From assembly GCF_964204645.1 (NCBI RefSeq), contig NC_134025.1, positions 14,756,001 through 14,820,000 of the forward strand: a stretch of DNA of 64,000 bases, in the 5' to 3' direction. Shown here one piece after another: positions 39,501-52,199 of this stretch. The position numbers and the translations under genes are program-made. The notes beneath the pieces are model-generated. The model did no database searches, was not told the DNA's origin, and saw nothing but the letters and a program-made list of their open reading frames with translations. Position 1 is the stretch's first letter. Each line of letters starts with the position of its first letter. The DNA is from Tubulanus polymorphus (taxonomy: Eukaryota > Animalia > Nemertea).

Positions 39501-40070
39501 GGGAAAGGGCAGAAATAGCGACAACTGCCTAGATATTGCTATTATACTGCATTCTTAAGTGGGTTAATCCGTGAAATGGATACTTAAGAATTGCTATTCA
39601 TGATTCATCATGATCTACAAACATTTTGAGACCAATTTGAGAGATATACTCAAATCGTGAATTAACACTTGCCTTGCCAGGGATGCGGGGGTCAATGAGT
39701 ACATTTTTCGTTCTTAAGTGGGTAAATACAATATGAAACAGATACTTAAGAATGACTGATTTTGATTCAGGATGACCACAGGAATACATTGTCATTTGTT
39801 TCATGGATGTACTCAAACTGTGAATTAAAAATGCTAATTAGCATTAACTAGCTGTCATTTTTAAGCTGTCATCTTGTTATTTTGAAAGATGTACTCGAAT
39901 TGTGAATGAAGAGTCACATTTTGGGGTTTTTAGTGGCGCCTGGTTGCTGTGCAGTATAGCAGAACTTAAGAATTGCCATTTTGGGGTCTCCTATCATAGA
40001 TGTATACATTCCAGCCTTCAAACCTTTTGTATTCGAGGTGTGAAAGAAATGTTTTTGGGCTCCTGGACTA
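36549..40070. mobile_element. Academ-like non-autonomous element with long TIRs
   Basis: TAGTCC...GGACTA termini, CAT 3-bp TSD, and imperfect inverted arms at 36549-37235 and 39460-40070. Confidence 0.75.
37599..38175. mobile_element. hAT-like MITE with 6-bp TSD
   Basis: TIRs cagagctgccaacc / ggtgggcagctctg, CCTATC on both sides, and three to four internal ~52-bp repeats (ctgctagcgccacagtgttcacttgccatatt). Confidence 0.85.
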
Positions 40071-40559
40071 CATACACATCGTAGTAGATACAAAATCAGT
40101 GTTGCAATGCAATACGCAACGATAAGTAAAACAGGGACTGAACGCTTTTACAGTTCAACGGATTACCAAACGCGCTGGACCAGTTGATTGAGATCATCCT
40201 CACTCCCACCCCCTCCCCCCTATACTTTTACATAATTTTTGGACTATTTGGAAAATGATATTTTTCAATACCAAAATCCGAAATTCATCTCTGATGAATG
40301 CACGCTTTCGACAAAGCAAGTGCTAGCGATCCCTAGGCTATTACCTAGGAATTTCAATGGAAAGTGTCGTATGAGAAACTATCTTGGTTTAGTACAATGA
40401 AGTGTAGAATGAAGAGCCATTCACTTACATATACTTGTATATCACTTTTATACATATATAATGGTGCATTAGTTTTTAAACCATCAAATAGATAGAAGAT
40501 GATACAGATAATTTAGAGAAAAACATTCTTTGAATTTAAGTTGACCAGAGTTGAACAGA

Positions 40560-41715
40560 AATTAACATGGAAGCAGTTTAAAAAACGTAATATCAACCTG
40601 ATTTTTGTCTATAGTAATTGCATAAACTTTTCCGTTGGTTGTCCATACTCTTTAGTAGTACTAGAAATTTTTTTCTCTGTTTCAAGTTTTGAGATTTCCG
40701 GGCACAAGTCCTCGCGAATAACTATTTTCGAGCGTTTCAACAAAGCACGCTTTCGTATGATTGTATCCCCTAGATTTCTATTTATAAATCGCACTATGAT
40801 CCCATTTGATATTTTAGTTCTCTGACCATCTACTTGTGTGATACCGTCTGGACTCTTTGTGCCGCTTCTATATCCTGTGTAGAAAGATTCTCGAGGGCCA
40901 GCTTCGACTTAAGCATATGCGTCGAGAGTATTGGTTATTTTCTATTGCTGAACGGTTCACATCATTTAGATTCTCTTTGACTTTCGAAATTTCTACTGAG
41001 AGACTTTTATTTTCCTCTTTTGAATCGGTGAAAGTTTTTTCTTACGACATATTTTTACTTTCAAGGTCGAACAGACACCCTTCGGTTCTATAAACTAAAT
41101 TTTCAATAGTTTTATTATGCTTTTCGAAGCGAGTTTCGATAGAATCGATTATATCCTGTTTCAACGTTTTTGAAGTCTTTGTAGTCAGATAACCTGTCAA
41201 TTTTCTCACTCATTATTTGATGAGATGTGTTAGAGATTTTATAAGTTGTCTGGTGTGGATGAGTCGATTGTAGAACTACGTTTGCATAGCCTTTTCGTCA
41301 GGCGTTTAGGCTGAGGGACAGTCGAGGGCGCGTGCATTAGTACAGATGTAGATGCCTCCGCATCCATGAAGACCTCACTATCAATAATTGTTGACAGACT
41401 AGTTTGAGGCAAATCGCAATTATCTTTGTTTATCACAATTCACAACTTGACGGTAGTGTCAATAATGTCAGCTATCCTTGAGCAGTTAAATCCAAGTGAC
41501 AGTCTATGTACTGAATAGAAGTTTACACTCAATTTTTATGAAGACTGTGATTTAAACCATTTTGATAATAAATCATGACCATTTTTCAGCTCAGTAAGAG
41601 GTTATCATTTGTTGAAACAGTCATAGTATTATCCATAATCAAAGCACAAACATATCGAATTAATTTCCAGTTTTGCAGGAGCTACACTATGACTAGCCTC
41701 GGTGGCCATTTTCTA
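40560..41715 (-). pseudogene. LINE 5' end and ORF1 (L1-type RRM/CTD) remnant
   Basis: GIIVRFINRNLGDTIIRKRALLKRSKIVIREDLCPE, an upstream coiled-coil-like segment, and a 5' motif aaaatggccacc...gtagctcc. Confidence 0.65.
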
Positions 41716-42539
41716 AAAATCCCAAAATACTCAATTTAATGCGTTGATTTGTGAGATTAGGACGTTTAGAAAAGAAATGTATCTTTGATGAATGGAGGGA
41801 AAAATTGTTATTTTGTGGAATTCTAATTGGCTGTCAAAGATTAGTAGATCAGCACAGCCGAAAACGTTACGTTATCAAAATAAAATATTACCTAATTTTA
41901 TTAATATCCATGCAAACCTGTTGAAATTGTTTTTTACATTAGAAACAACTATATAGCACATATTCATGAGACAATTTTTTATTTGCTGACACTGAAAAAA
42001 AGAATTCCTCCATCAAAAATTTTGACTTCATTGGTACCCATTATTGTGAAATCTGCCTTACCGCATCAAGTATTGATGTAAATAGAATATCAATTTTCCT
42101 GCGTGGACATATGTGTCTAAACCAAGGTTAAGCAGAAGGTCAAGCAGCAGGATTTTTCAATGAAATTGACAGAAGCATCAACGAAGAGTGGGTCTCAAGA
42201 AATCATTTGAAACTTACTGTATCTTTCCAGATATTTCCTTGTTATCAAGTATGACGTCAAATACATTGATGCAGAGATGATTAAAATGAGCTGTGTCTAA
42301 AAGTAACAAAGATACAAAGATTGAAAGTACTCTTAATGATGAATGACTTAGATGAAAAATGAAAGCTTAACTACTCCAGGTGGAGACTTGACACGTAGTT
42401 TCCCAGCCAGTAAGCAGCCATCAGATTTATTCATTATTATTATCAATACTATTACCATCATAATTATTGTTATTTTTAACATTATTAATATTGTTATTAT
42501 TATTACTATAGTTAAAGGAATGGCAAGGGGGTTATTATT

Positions 42540-43060
42540 GTTTGGCTGTGATAAAATGTACTTTGGAGAAACTGGTCGTGATTTAAAAACTCGAATTTCA
42601 GAACACAAAAAGGATATCATAAATCAAAAACCAGCTAGTGGCATAGCCAATCACGTTTGGAACACTGGTCATCGTTTTAATTTTGATACAGCCGAAATTA
42701 TTTATACTTCCAGGAATTACACTAAACGCCACATAGTTGAGTCTGCACTAATTACTCGTCACTCAGATATTAGTACCAATTTAAATAATGGCTTTTCTCC
42801 TCACAATTCCCTTCTTTCCATTAATTACTTACTCACTCACCAATTTACTCAATTCACTTGTTCTCCTCTGTATACATACCCCTGCTTTTAGTCAATATCT
42901 CACACCTGACGATGATCTCTAGTGTGGGATCGAAAACGTCGTGTTCTTATATTTTAGAGTGATTCAATAAATAAATTCTCGATTTTAGATTTCTTTTAAT
43001 TTGTAAATAGTGGATTTTTATCTTATCATCTGTTCACCACGTTTGAGTGTGGTTATCGTA
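42540..43060 (+). mobile_element. Penelope-like element 3' fragment: GIY-YIG endonuclease C-terminus plus pLTR
   Basis: CDKMYFGETGRDLKTRISEHKKDI...IANHVWNTGH...RHIVESALI followed by a hammerhead motif and AATAAA. Confidence 0.9.
42902..42944 (+). ncRNA. Minimal type I hammerhead ribozyme (Penelope-associated)
   Basis: acac-CTGACGA-t-gatctc(tagtgt)gggatc-GAAA-acgtc-gtgt gives stem I, core, stem II and a palindromic short stem III. Confidence 0.8.
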
Positions 43061-44003
43061 CAGGGTTATTATTACTTCGGATATATATATATAATAATAA
43101 TAATAATAATCAGTTTTTCTATAGCGCCTTTCCATAAAAAGTTCAAAGCGCTTTTGAGAAAATTAAATTCAGGCTAACCCTTTCATATGCTGTTTATATT
43201 CTAAATAGAAAGTGGATATTTTGCCAATAAGGCATTATTCATTTAAAGGCTTTTGCCATGAACTTTTGAAATCTTGTTTTACTTATTTTAACATGTTTCC
43301 TAACAGACACTGAACTCACTGATGCGAACAGCGCAGAATGCAAAATGTATCTAATATTGGCCGTTCTGAGTTCTTCTCGCCCTCGGTCAGTATAATTTAA
43401 CTTTGTCGAGGCTGCCATATTGTAGCATTCTCATTCACTGACTTGCCATAATCATAGGAGCATATCAAACAAGCAGATGGCGCCGCCTTGCAGAACCAAT
43501 TGAAGCTTTCATTATCTCAATCGATGATGGGCTTGCGATATTTTAAACGTAGATTTTTTAATTGAAATACGAATGAGAAAAGAAAATATGAAGTTTGTTT
43601 ATGTAAATCATAAAAATGACATGTAAAATCGTAAAATCAGGACATAGGTATTCTAAAATACTATTATTCAAGCACAATTCAGAACGACGTATTATTCTAT
43701 ACCAATGCGTAATTACACCAAAATTGGGACACTTCGCAGCACTGGTAGAGAACAGTCTAATGATTAGCACTCCTGCGCATGTGGAGGCCATTTCGCTTAT
43801 ACTATAATGTCAATCAAAACAATCACCGGGAATAAAAACTAGGGGTCCAGGGACACCATGCCCACTTGGGAAGTGGTTTCAAATGCTCAACAATCTAACA
43901 ATTTCAATATACAACGCCCCTGGCCCATATACAAAATCCAATGACCTTGAAACCCACCACAATCATAGAACATTTCAGTAGCTACGATTATGTAATTGAT
44001 TGT

Positions 44004-47000
44004 CATGGTTCCCACACTACCTTTGTAATAAAATTCCCAACTTTTTCCCAAATATTTCCCAAATCAATTCTCATTATTCCCAAATGCAAACATCAGCAGA
44101 TCCTAGGCGGAATACTTATCATTTTGCATTTGGAGTTATGCAGAGAGAGCTAGATCCTCAGTGTGCTATTCGCAAACAGGATTTCCTTCATGACTTGGGC
44201 AAGTCCTTTTTGTTACCTCCGTTGGAGGAAATAGTTAGTATAGAGGTAGGTCGGACAATATTTTGAAGAAACTTCCAAGGCAATGAAGGCGGAATTCTTA
44301 TCAATCATATACTTGACTGAGAGTAGATTTATAATTATCATTTTATTACACAAAATACAAAAACAAACCAAAATGAATTAATTTTTTCTCATTCTAGCTC
44401 ATGTATAGGTTATGCTGCACAGTACTTGAAGCCAGCCAATCGGAGAACATCAGGAATTACTTGCCTAGTTTAAAGCTGTTTAAGCTCCTTACTTTTACAT
44501 TCAAGATCAAGTTTAGCATTCTCGAATTCAACTGTCTTCTCCTTTACTTTCTGCCTAAGTGCATTTCCCTTGGAAAGATGGGTCATAGACTGTAACTGTT
44601 CAGCTTGTTTTAGCGCCTTGTCAGCATCTTCATTCAAAGCACTGACAACAGTTTCAATTTTCCTGACCTTTTTGCGCATACAATCAACTTCACTTTGCAA
44701 CATTTTACGTTTCTGTAACTTCTCTTCGTCTTTCTCTTTTTTCCTATTCGATTCAAGATAGCTTCGATACTGTTGTGACCCAGAGACAGCAGCTTTAATC
44801 ATCATATTTGTTACAGTTATTTTCTCAATACCTCCAACTGATGCAATATAATCCTTTATAACTCTAAGGGCCACTAAGTTGTGCTCAGACAACTTAGTGG
44901 TTTGTATCTACAACCTCTTTGTTTATGGAAAAGCCCCTTTCCACAGCTGCTTGACCGTGGGACAAAAGTAATAGCACTCTTATAACTGGCCACAGTTTCT
45001 TAAACTCCCTATGCCCATCATCATACAGCACCTGATAGTAGAGCTCATCAAGACGATCAGTTTCCTGACTGAATTTAACAACCAGGTCAAGACGTTTTGC
45101 CTTTTCCAGAAACAACCTGAATTCATCTGTAATATCATCACACTGGCGAGGATCAACTAGTTTAACAGAATGCAGCTCTTGCAGCACTTTCTTAAATTTT
45201 TCAAAACATGCTGCTCTGTCCTTTACCATTTTTTCTGGCTGTAAACAACTGAGGTAGCGCACTAAACTGTACTTCAGTGGGCATTTAACCATCAACTTCT
45301 CAAGGAAAGCAGAGCACATAGCCCGGCACTTATGCTTAAAATCTGCTACACGCAACTCACTCACTTTATTTGGCAAATTCAACAACTGCTCTTGTGCCAA
45401 ACACCCAATGTCAACATTTTTAACATCCTTCAAGTTTTCCTTAACCTTTAGGGACATAACCTTCCCAACAGTATTGGCACTATCAAGAGCAGGCTTGTTT
45501 ACAATTCGTTGCATTACATTCCTAATCAAATTATTAAGGTCATGACACATATATGGTACCATGGGTTTTTCGGTTTGATACAATGTTAAAAATCTTTCGA
45601 TTGGTTTAAGAAAAGACACAATGATTTCAAATTTGGCTATTGAAAATGGGTCGAGAATCATATCCTTAACAGTTTTAAAGGATTCTGTTGCAGGGTCTTT
45701 TATTTTATTCCCGTTGACAGCATCAACAAACTTTTCCAAATGAGGAAAAATTTTGATAGCACGTTCACATGCTCTGCCATTTTCTATCCACCGATGCCCA
45801 CGGTAATTGACAGCATAAGATAATTTCTCTCCAATGAGTTTCTCAAAATCTTCTCTGCGTGCAGGTGTCTCAAAGAAGAGTGTATACATAGCTTTCAGAC
45901 GTTTTTTAATGTCCCACCCAGTCTCTTCAAATGCATACTTAACTGCGTTATGGAGGATATGTAATCCACATGAACCAATATTAATAAGTTTATGATTACA
46001 GATTTCCTCTACTCCATCTTCCAACTTAGCAAAAGCTGACCAGTTTACATTGGGCCCATCCATCGACAATTGTTTCAAGTTACCATAACCAAGCTGACTT
46101 TCAACATGTTTTTCAAATGCAGTCAGTAGGTCACTCGCAGTGGCATGCCCCATGAACTCAGAGCTTAAATACCGTGTTCTGATCTGATTATCATGCCAGT
46201 CTCACATGCAAGTCCAATTGTTTAAGCTGAAGATCAGCATTGAACGCTTCATCAAACAACAGAACATAGCCGGTAGAACTTTTAATCCGGTCTGAAAGTA
46301 AGGAGACAAAGTGTGGGGCCAAACCAAAGCAAGTGACGTACATGCTTTTTGTCTCCGAACATTTATATGATTTCGCAATGTTTGAATCTGGAAACATGTT
46401 TCTATATATAAATCCTTTGTTTTTGTTGCCATGAAATGAGTCATTACAATCCACCATATCTAAACATCGCCAAATCTCAGCAGTCGATACATTAGATTTC
46501 TGTACTAGAACTGAAGGTGGAGACGAAGTGGTAATAATTGGCGCATGACTAACTGCTGTTGTGGTTTGCTTGGTGCAAAAACCAGTTATATTTTGACCGG
46601 TTTTGTTTTTATCTCTGTGAATTTTTAAATATTGTATATGTTTTTTTCCTTCTGAATGTGACTTTAGTGCCTGGCGACCCAACGATGCGATGCTAAACGT
46701 AGTCTTACAAAGTTTACATTTAGCAATACTTTGGTCATGTGAATCCTCTTCTAACCAGTCCTTGAAATCATCGGTTGTTATCCATGTCGGCTGAAACGTG
46801 CAAGGCATCGTCGCTGAAATTAGAAAAAAATATAAACCAATGTTGAGCAAATGTATGAGAATGCGAACCACTGGATACAGTCTGCTCTCTACCAAAATTG
46901 CAGAGAACCCATGTGATAGATACATGGGGAGCACCGTAACAAATCTAATTAAAACTAACCACATTACCTTGAAAAGGCAACATGATTAATTATAACTAGT

Positions 47001-48328
47001 TTGAAAGAGTTCACAGACTGATCCTAAAGGCCAACTGCTAGCTGTGCCCAAAAATGGGCCTAGGGCTAGTCTGACCGATGGCCACGTGGAACAGTGAAAA
47101 GATTTAGCCGCATGTTATCCATTTTGAAATTACTACCTAAAATATATAATCTAAGAAAATTCAACTATTTTGAAAACAACTAGGCCTACAACCATAATTT
47201 AATTGAGAAGAAAGGAAGCTGAGGCACAAATTTGCAAGAACTATTTCAATGGGTTTTCAAAAACGCGATTTACATAGTTAAGTTTCGATATCACTTGTGA
47301 AAATGAAATGATAATTATGGGCCACCGTACTTTGCCGTTAATTCAATATTTTACCGCCAAACCATCAACACGTGTTGTTTGTGTAAAGCACCTCCACTGA
47401 ATATCTAGGTAGAACAAATATATAATATCCCTTGAAATATTGGGTTTCAGCAATGCCTAGGTCTAACTAGCTGGTTTCAAATAAGCTGGGCCCTGCCTAA
47501 TTTCCGAGGCCACACAATACATGTATTATTTATAGTTACAGAGGGAACTAGTAGAAATATTTACAGGTGACATTTGTGGTGCAGTGTTACACTGATGATG
47601 TCGAAAAAATATTATCAGTAACAAAAAAACTGAAAATAAATCGTAGGCCAGAAACAAATTGTCCTATTGGAATAATCATACACATGTTAATACGGACCCA
47701 GCGTGTAAGCTTATATCAGTTATTGTGTGATGAAGACGTAGTATCACTTCACACACACAAAAAATCAATACTGTGCCATTCATTCATCATTACACCTGCT
47801 GTACAGGGATTGTTTTCACACAAGCACGACGGCGCTTCTTATCAACAAACACATTTTTGAAAATGCCTACCAGTGGAGACAAGTGCTTGATTGTAACCTC
47901 AATCTTTCATCATAATATTGCTACTAGAATGTAAATAAATTTGATCATCCATTTTGAATAAGAAGATTGTATTTACCTGTAACTTGACGCTGTTTTCCTT
48001 CGCCTGGATATCTCTTCAACTACTCTCGCCGACGAACAGACACGCTCGCAGAATTATGGGTAAAGACAATAACAGGCAGTGTAAACAAAAGCACGTGTAA
48101 CATCATGAGTTCACGCCGCAAAACATATACTCGTGAAAATACTAACCTGGCTGGAATCAGTCTCTGGGAATCGTAGAATTACTTTTCATTTTTAAAGGAT
48201 TGGCCATTTTTCCCAACTTTTTCCTGATTTCGTGGGATTTTTTAAATTCCCCAATTATTTCCCAACCGGGAAATCTAATTTTAAAATTCCCAAGTTTTTC
48301 CCGTTTTCCCGGTAGTGTGGGAACCATG
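44004..48328 (-). mobile_element. hAT-type autonomous-length transposon with 7-bp TSD
   Basis: Perfect 18-bp TIRs catggttcccacactacc; TGATTGT at 43997-44003 and 48329-48335; subterminal ttccc repeats. Confidence 0.93.
44470..46808 (-). pseudogene. hAT-type transposase with two frameshifts
   Basis: Zn finger CKLC...H...KKH, LLFDE, SMDGPNVN, GSCGLH, HRW, dimerisation motif LSHGQAAVERGFS and a coiled-coil tail. Frameshifts near 46197 and 44893; probable 5'-UTR intron 47976-46814. Confidence 0.92.
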
Positions 48329-49583
48329 TGATTGTGGTAACAAAATATGCCACGTTACCAATCTAATATGGAAATACTAAGTTGCTTTACTATTCTACGC
48401 CCCCTGGTGACCATATGCAAAACCCAATGACCTTGAAACTCTCCACAATCATAGAACATGTCATGAATTACAACTTTGCAATTGATCATGGTAACAAAAT
48501 ATGCCTAGGTACCAATCTAATAAGGAAATACTTAGTTATTCTACTATTCAATGCCCCTGGTGACCATATAAAATAACTAATGTCCTTAAAACTCACCACA
48601 TAGATGGTGTAATGAGCTACAACTTTGCAATCGATTGTGGTTACAAAATATACATAGGTACAAATATAATATAGAAATACTAAGTTATTGTATTATTCAA
48701 CGCCCCCTGGTGGCCATATACAAAAACCAATGACCTGAAAACTCACCAAAATCATAGAACATGTTATGGGCTACAACTTTGCAATTGATTGTAGTAATAC
48801 AATATGCTTAGGTATCAATATAATGTCGAAAAACTTTTTCCCACCTACGAATGAGTACTGATGACACCAAGATGGCCGCCAATTGCGTCATAATACGCTG
48901 ATCAAGAATACCTGTCTCAGGTAAAAAAAAATCCCTTTCCAAAGAATACCCATCACAAATTGCAATGAGAAATGGCAAACCAGTATGAAGCTACAGGACC
49001 CAGCATTTCGGCCAAAATTGACATTTTTGGGTTCTAAAAAGGTCATAGGACGGCCATCTTCAGCCCGATCGACCCAATTTTTCTTAAGCTGATGGGTCCT
49101 TTGGGGGTACAAATATATACGAACGATCAAAGTAATTGATCAAAGCGTCTTCAAAATTTCCCTCAAAAACTTCAAAAATGTATAAAAAGAGCTGATTTTG
49201 GCGAACAACAATGGCTACCAGTCGGCCATCTTGATTCTGGCAGGGCCAGTCTTTGGGCTGAAGATGTGTCTAGGATAGATACATGTGTAACTCAAATATC
49301 AAGACATTACATTGAAGCGTCTTCAAAACTTCCCAAAATAACTAGATTCCGTCTACGGACGGACGGACGCTACGACGGACAAAAAATGAACGCAATAGCC
49401 CACTGGGACTAAAGTCCCAAGTGGGCTAATGAAACAATATCTATGGCGGATATGTGAAATAATTACATTCTCACCAGCAATGAGCATTTAAAATTCGCAC
49501 GTATACAGCACCTAGTCCAATGAAACGTTCGCCATTCTATGGCTTACTATTAATTATTTTTAGTAGCGCCAGAATTCCCCCTA

Positions 49584-49769
49584 CAGTGGCGTTGGAAGTG
49601 CAGCAACTACAGCTGAGAAAGCCGCGGCAATAATTTACTGAATGAGGTTTTTTTGTCTTTCTGTACCATGTTTTTGAAGAAATTAAGTAAATTCACCGCG
49701 GCAATATTTAGAACCTGTCCAAAATCAGCAATTGGCCGCAGCAATCAAAAATTGCTTCCAATGCGCATG
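49584..49769. mobile_element. Small MITE, hAT-like
   Basis: Imperfect TIRs cagtggcgttggaag / cttccaatgcgcatg; absent from the homologous site at ~18570. Confidence 0.6.
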
Positions 49770-50607
49770 CCGTTTATCCCAAAAACAGCCAATATAATCA
49801 CATTCGCTCGTTGAAACGCTGCCCCCAATCGAGGTCATTGCAGTTTTATACACAAGAGCTAAGAATTTTCCCATAAAAACTTAATTTTAACTAAGTTGAC
49901 CATGTCATCGATGGAGGTTCGCCGTGTCTTCAATCGCATGGATTATACGTCGCTTAAGCCGAGAACCAATGAAACAAATGCTCACAAAAAAAAAAACGTA
50001 CCGCGATTTTACCTGAATTGGCTCAATGCCAACTTCATATCGCTGACAAAGGCAAACCAAAAAAACTTACAATCGGTACTAGATGGCATTTCCTATCAAA
50101 ATCATTTCAAAGGCATTGGTATATGTTTGGACTTAACAGATTTCACATTTGCTGCCATCTGAAACTACGGCCCGATGTACAGCAACCGTGTTCAATCCCC
50201 GAACTAATTAGTAACACTAAGTTCGCTAAAGTGGATTAACTTTGACTCTTTTTCCAACAAGATTCCGACTCCAACTGCAGATGGCAAGTGGCAGACGGTC
50301 AACATTATCATAGAATAATTTTAGATAAAATCGCGTGCAAATAGTGGATTTGAAAGCTAACTAATTGATTGGTCCAGTGTCTTGTCCGACAGCAGGTATC
50401 CCGCTTAATATATATCTATAGTGAAAATTCTGCTGTTTTTTGGAAAATTCCGCGATTCCGTGATTCCGCAATATGACAACACCGGGAACTAAATACCCTT
50501 ATGGAACTCCCAGAGTTGAGCAATCGCCAACTACACTACTACACTAGATCCGTGTGATAGGAATAGATTTTGTGCTTGTACAGACTTGCAAGGAAATTGT
50601 GACTTAC

Positions 50608-50806
50608 CAAAAAATCAACGTGAAATATGTTCCCTAAGTTCAGCCATAAATTTCCGCAGACAAAAATTATTCCAGGTACAATGCAATAAAATATTCCCAT
50701 GATACCAACTAATGATGGCACCAGTATATTTTCTCTTTTGTTACTAAGTGAATCATTGTTAAATGATGGTGGTGAAGGAATCAAAAACATTTGGTACAAC
50801 ACAAAT
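50608..50806 (-). CDS. Candidate host exon encoding a membrane-protein-like peptide
   Basis: Strong acceptor ccattctctttacag and donor ttg|gtaagt; open frame FVLYQMFLIPSPPSFNNDSLSNKRENILVPSLVGIMGIFYCIVPGIIFVCGNLWLNLGNIFHVDFL. Confidence 0.4.
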
Positions 50807-52199
50807 CTGTAAAGAGAATGGAAATGATTCTATTAAAACCTTTGTCAAAAATTTATTACAAATGAAAAATTTGATGCCCTGGTTATAAAATGTTGAATAT
50901 TCTAAAGATTAAGTAGCGCTTAAATAGTTTTTGTTCTTAATGATAGATTATGTTACATAAGTACATAATAATCATTGTCGAGAAATTTTTGCTGTAATGA
51001 GTGATGGATTACTAAAATGTCAACAATTGAAGTGTAAATTTGGAAGAATTTTCACATCGCGTAGTTCATCTGATGCCCATGTAGATGGCGCTGATGATGA
51101 TTCAATGCGGTCTATACGCTGTATTCCCATCGGCGTGAACTCCTAGCTACATATAGATACTTAGTCTTAGTTATCCCTGTTTATCTTACATGACCTGCTT
51201 TTTGTATATAGTACAAACAACACTATGCAGTATATGTCTCTTAAGAGGCATATCTCAGTGGGAAAACTTTACTGATACCGTTAAAAGCTCATATTGGTAG
51301 TCGTGTTATAACTTGTTGTCAGATACCTCGCTACTGCACTGATTAAAGGTAAACTCATTTCTTATATATATCACAAACATGTCGAACATTTTTTCATAGA
51401 AATCAACATTGTATAGAGTATGAGTATGTTAGAAACCATTAAGACTTATACTGACAAACGTGTTTACAGTGTATTGTGTACTGACCCAATGACGTCAAAA
51501 ACCTAGCTAATAGTCAGTGGCGCAGTGTACTGTTATATGGGTTAGTTAACTATTGAATGAGATCAAAATAAGCATTTTGACAAATTAAGCACTACTGATC
51601 TTTATATGCTTACTGGCAATAGATTATAGGCAACAATAAATGAAATCGGAAATAATTTCGTGGGGAATGAATAAGGGGCCACACATTTAACAGGTTAGTT
51701 CAATAGTCGGCTAGCCAAATAACATTTCCTTGTGATATTTGATTAAAACTAATACCCCCAATATAGCAAAATGGTAAAACCATCATTATTACAAAATAAT
51801 GAAGAAAACTATGGGTACATACATGAAAACAATGCCAACTTGTAAAAAGGTTTAAAATGCTCAACAATCTGTTACTCTAAATATTGAATGCCCAGTGACG
51901 ATATACCTAATACAATGACCTTGAAACTCCCCACAATCATATAACATGTAATGAGGTACAATTTTGCAATAATTGATTGTGGTAACAAAAATGTCAGACA
52001 TTTTTGGCCTTGGTCAAACAGGCTCAGGCCCATTTAGCACCCTGTGTGATTTGGCTGGGACCAAAATTGCTTGTGTAATTGCGGCTAAGAGAAAAAGCTG
52101 CCTGTGCAGCCCTTTCGGGTCAAGAAGCTGCTGGGATCCAAGCCTTTTCAAAAAAGAGCACCAAACGCGATTACGTTTAGAATCGTCCCCGGAAATGAA

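Larger units (their letters stand above)
43837..49429 (-). mobile_element. Complete HINE family A element interrupted by a hAT transposon
   Basis: On the minus strand: 5' hairpin ttagcccacttgggact-tt-agtcccagtgggcta, (GTCC)n at 49355-49380, body, ~154-bp repeats, subTIR tcccaagtgggc, 3' hairpin plus CTAGTT. Inserted in a T run without a TSD; empty site at ~18420. Confidence 0.88.

Noticed and set aside
40290-40330. CTGATGA followed by a hairpin as a hammerhead
   Set aside because: There is no GAAA after the stem and no stem I; it looks more like a HINE-type terminal hairpin.
42352-42540. Ile-rich N-terminal part of the 179-aa ORF as a transmembrane domain fused to GIY-YIG
   Set aside because: It derives from a degenerate (ATT)n microsatellite upstream of the truncated Penelope fragment.
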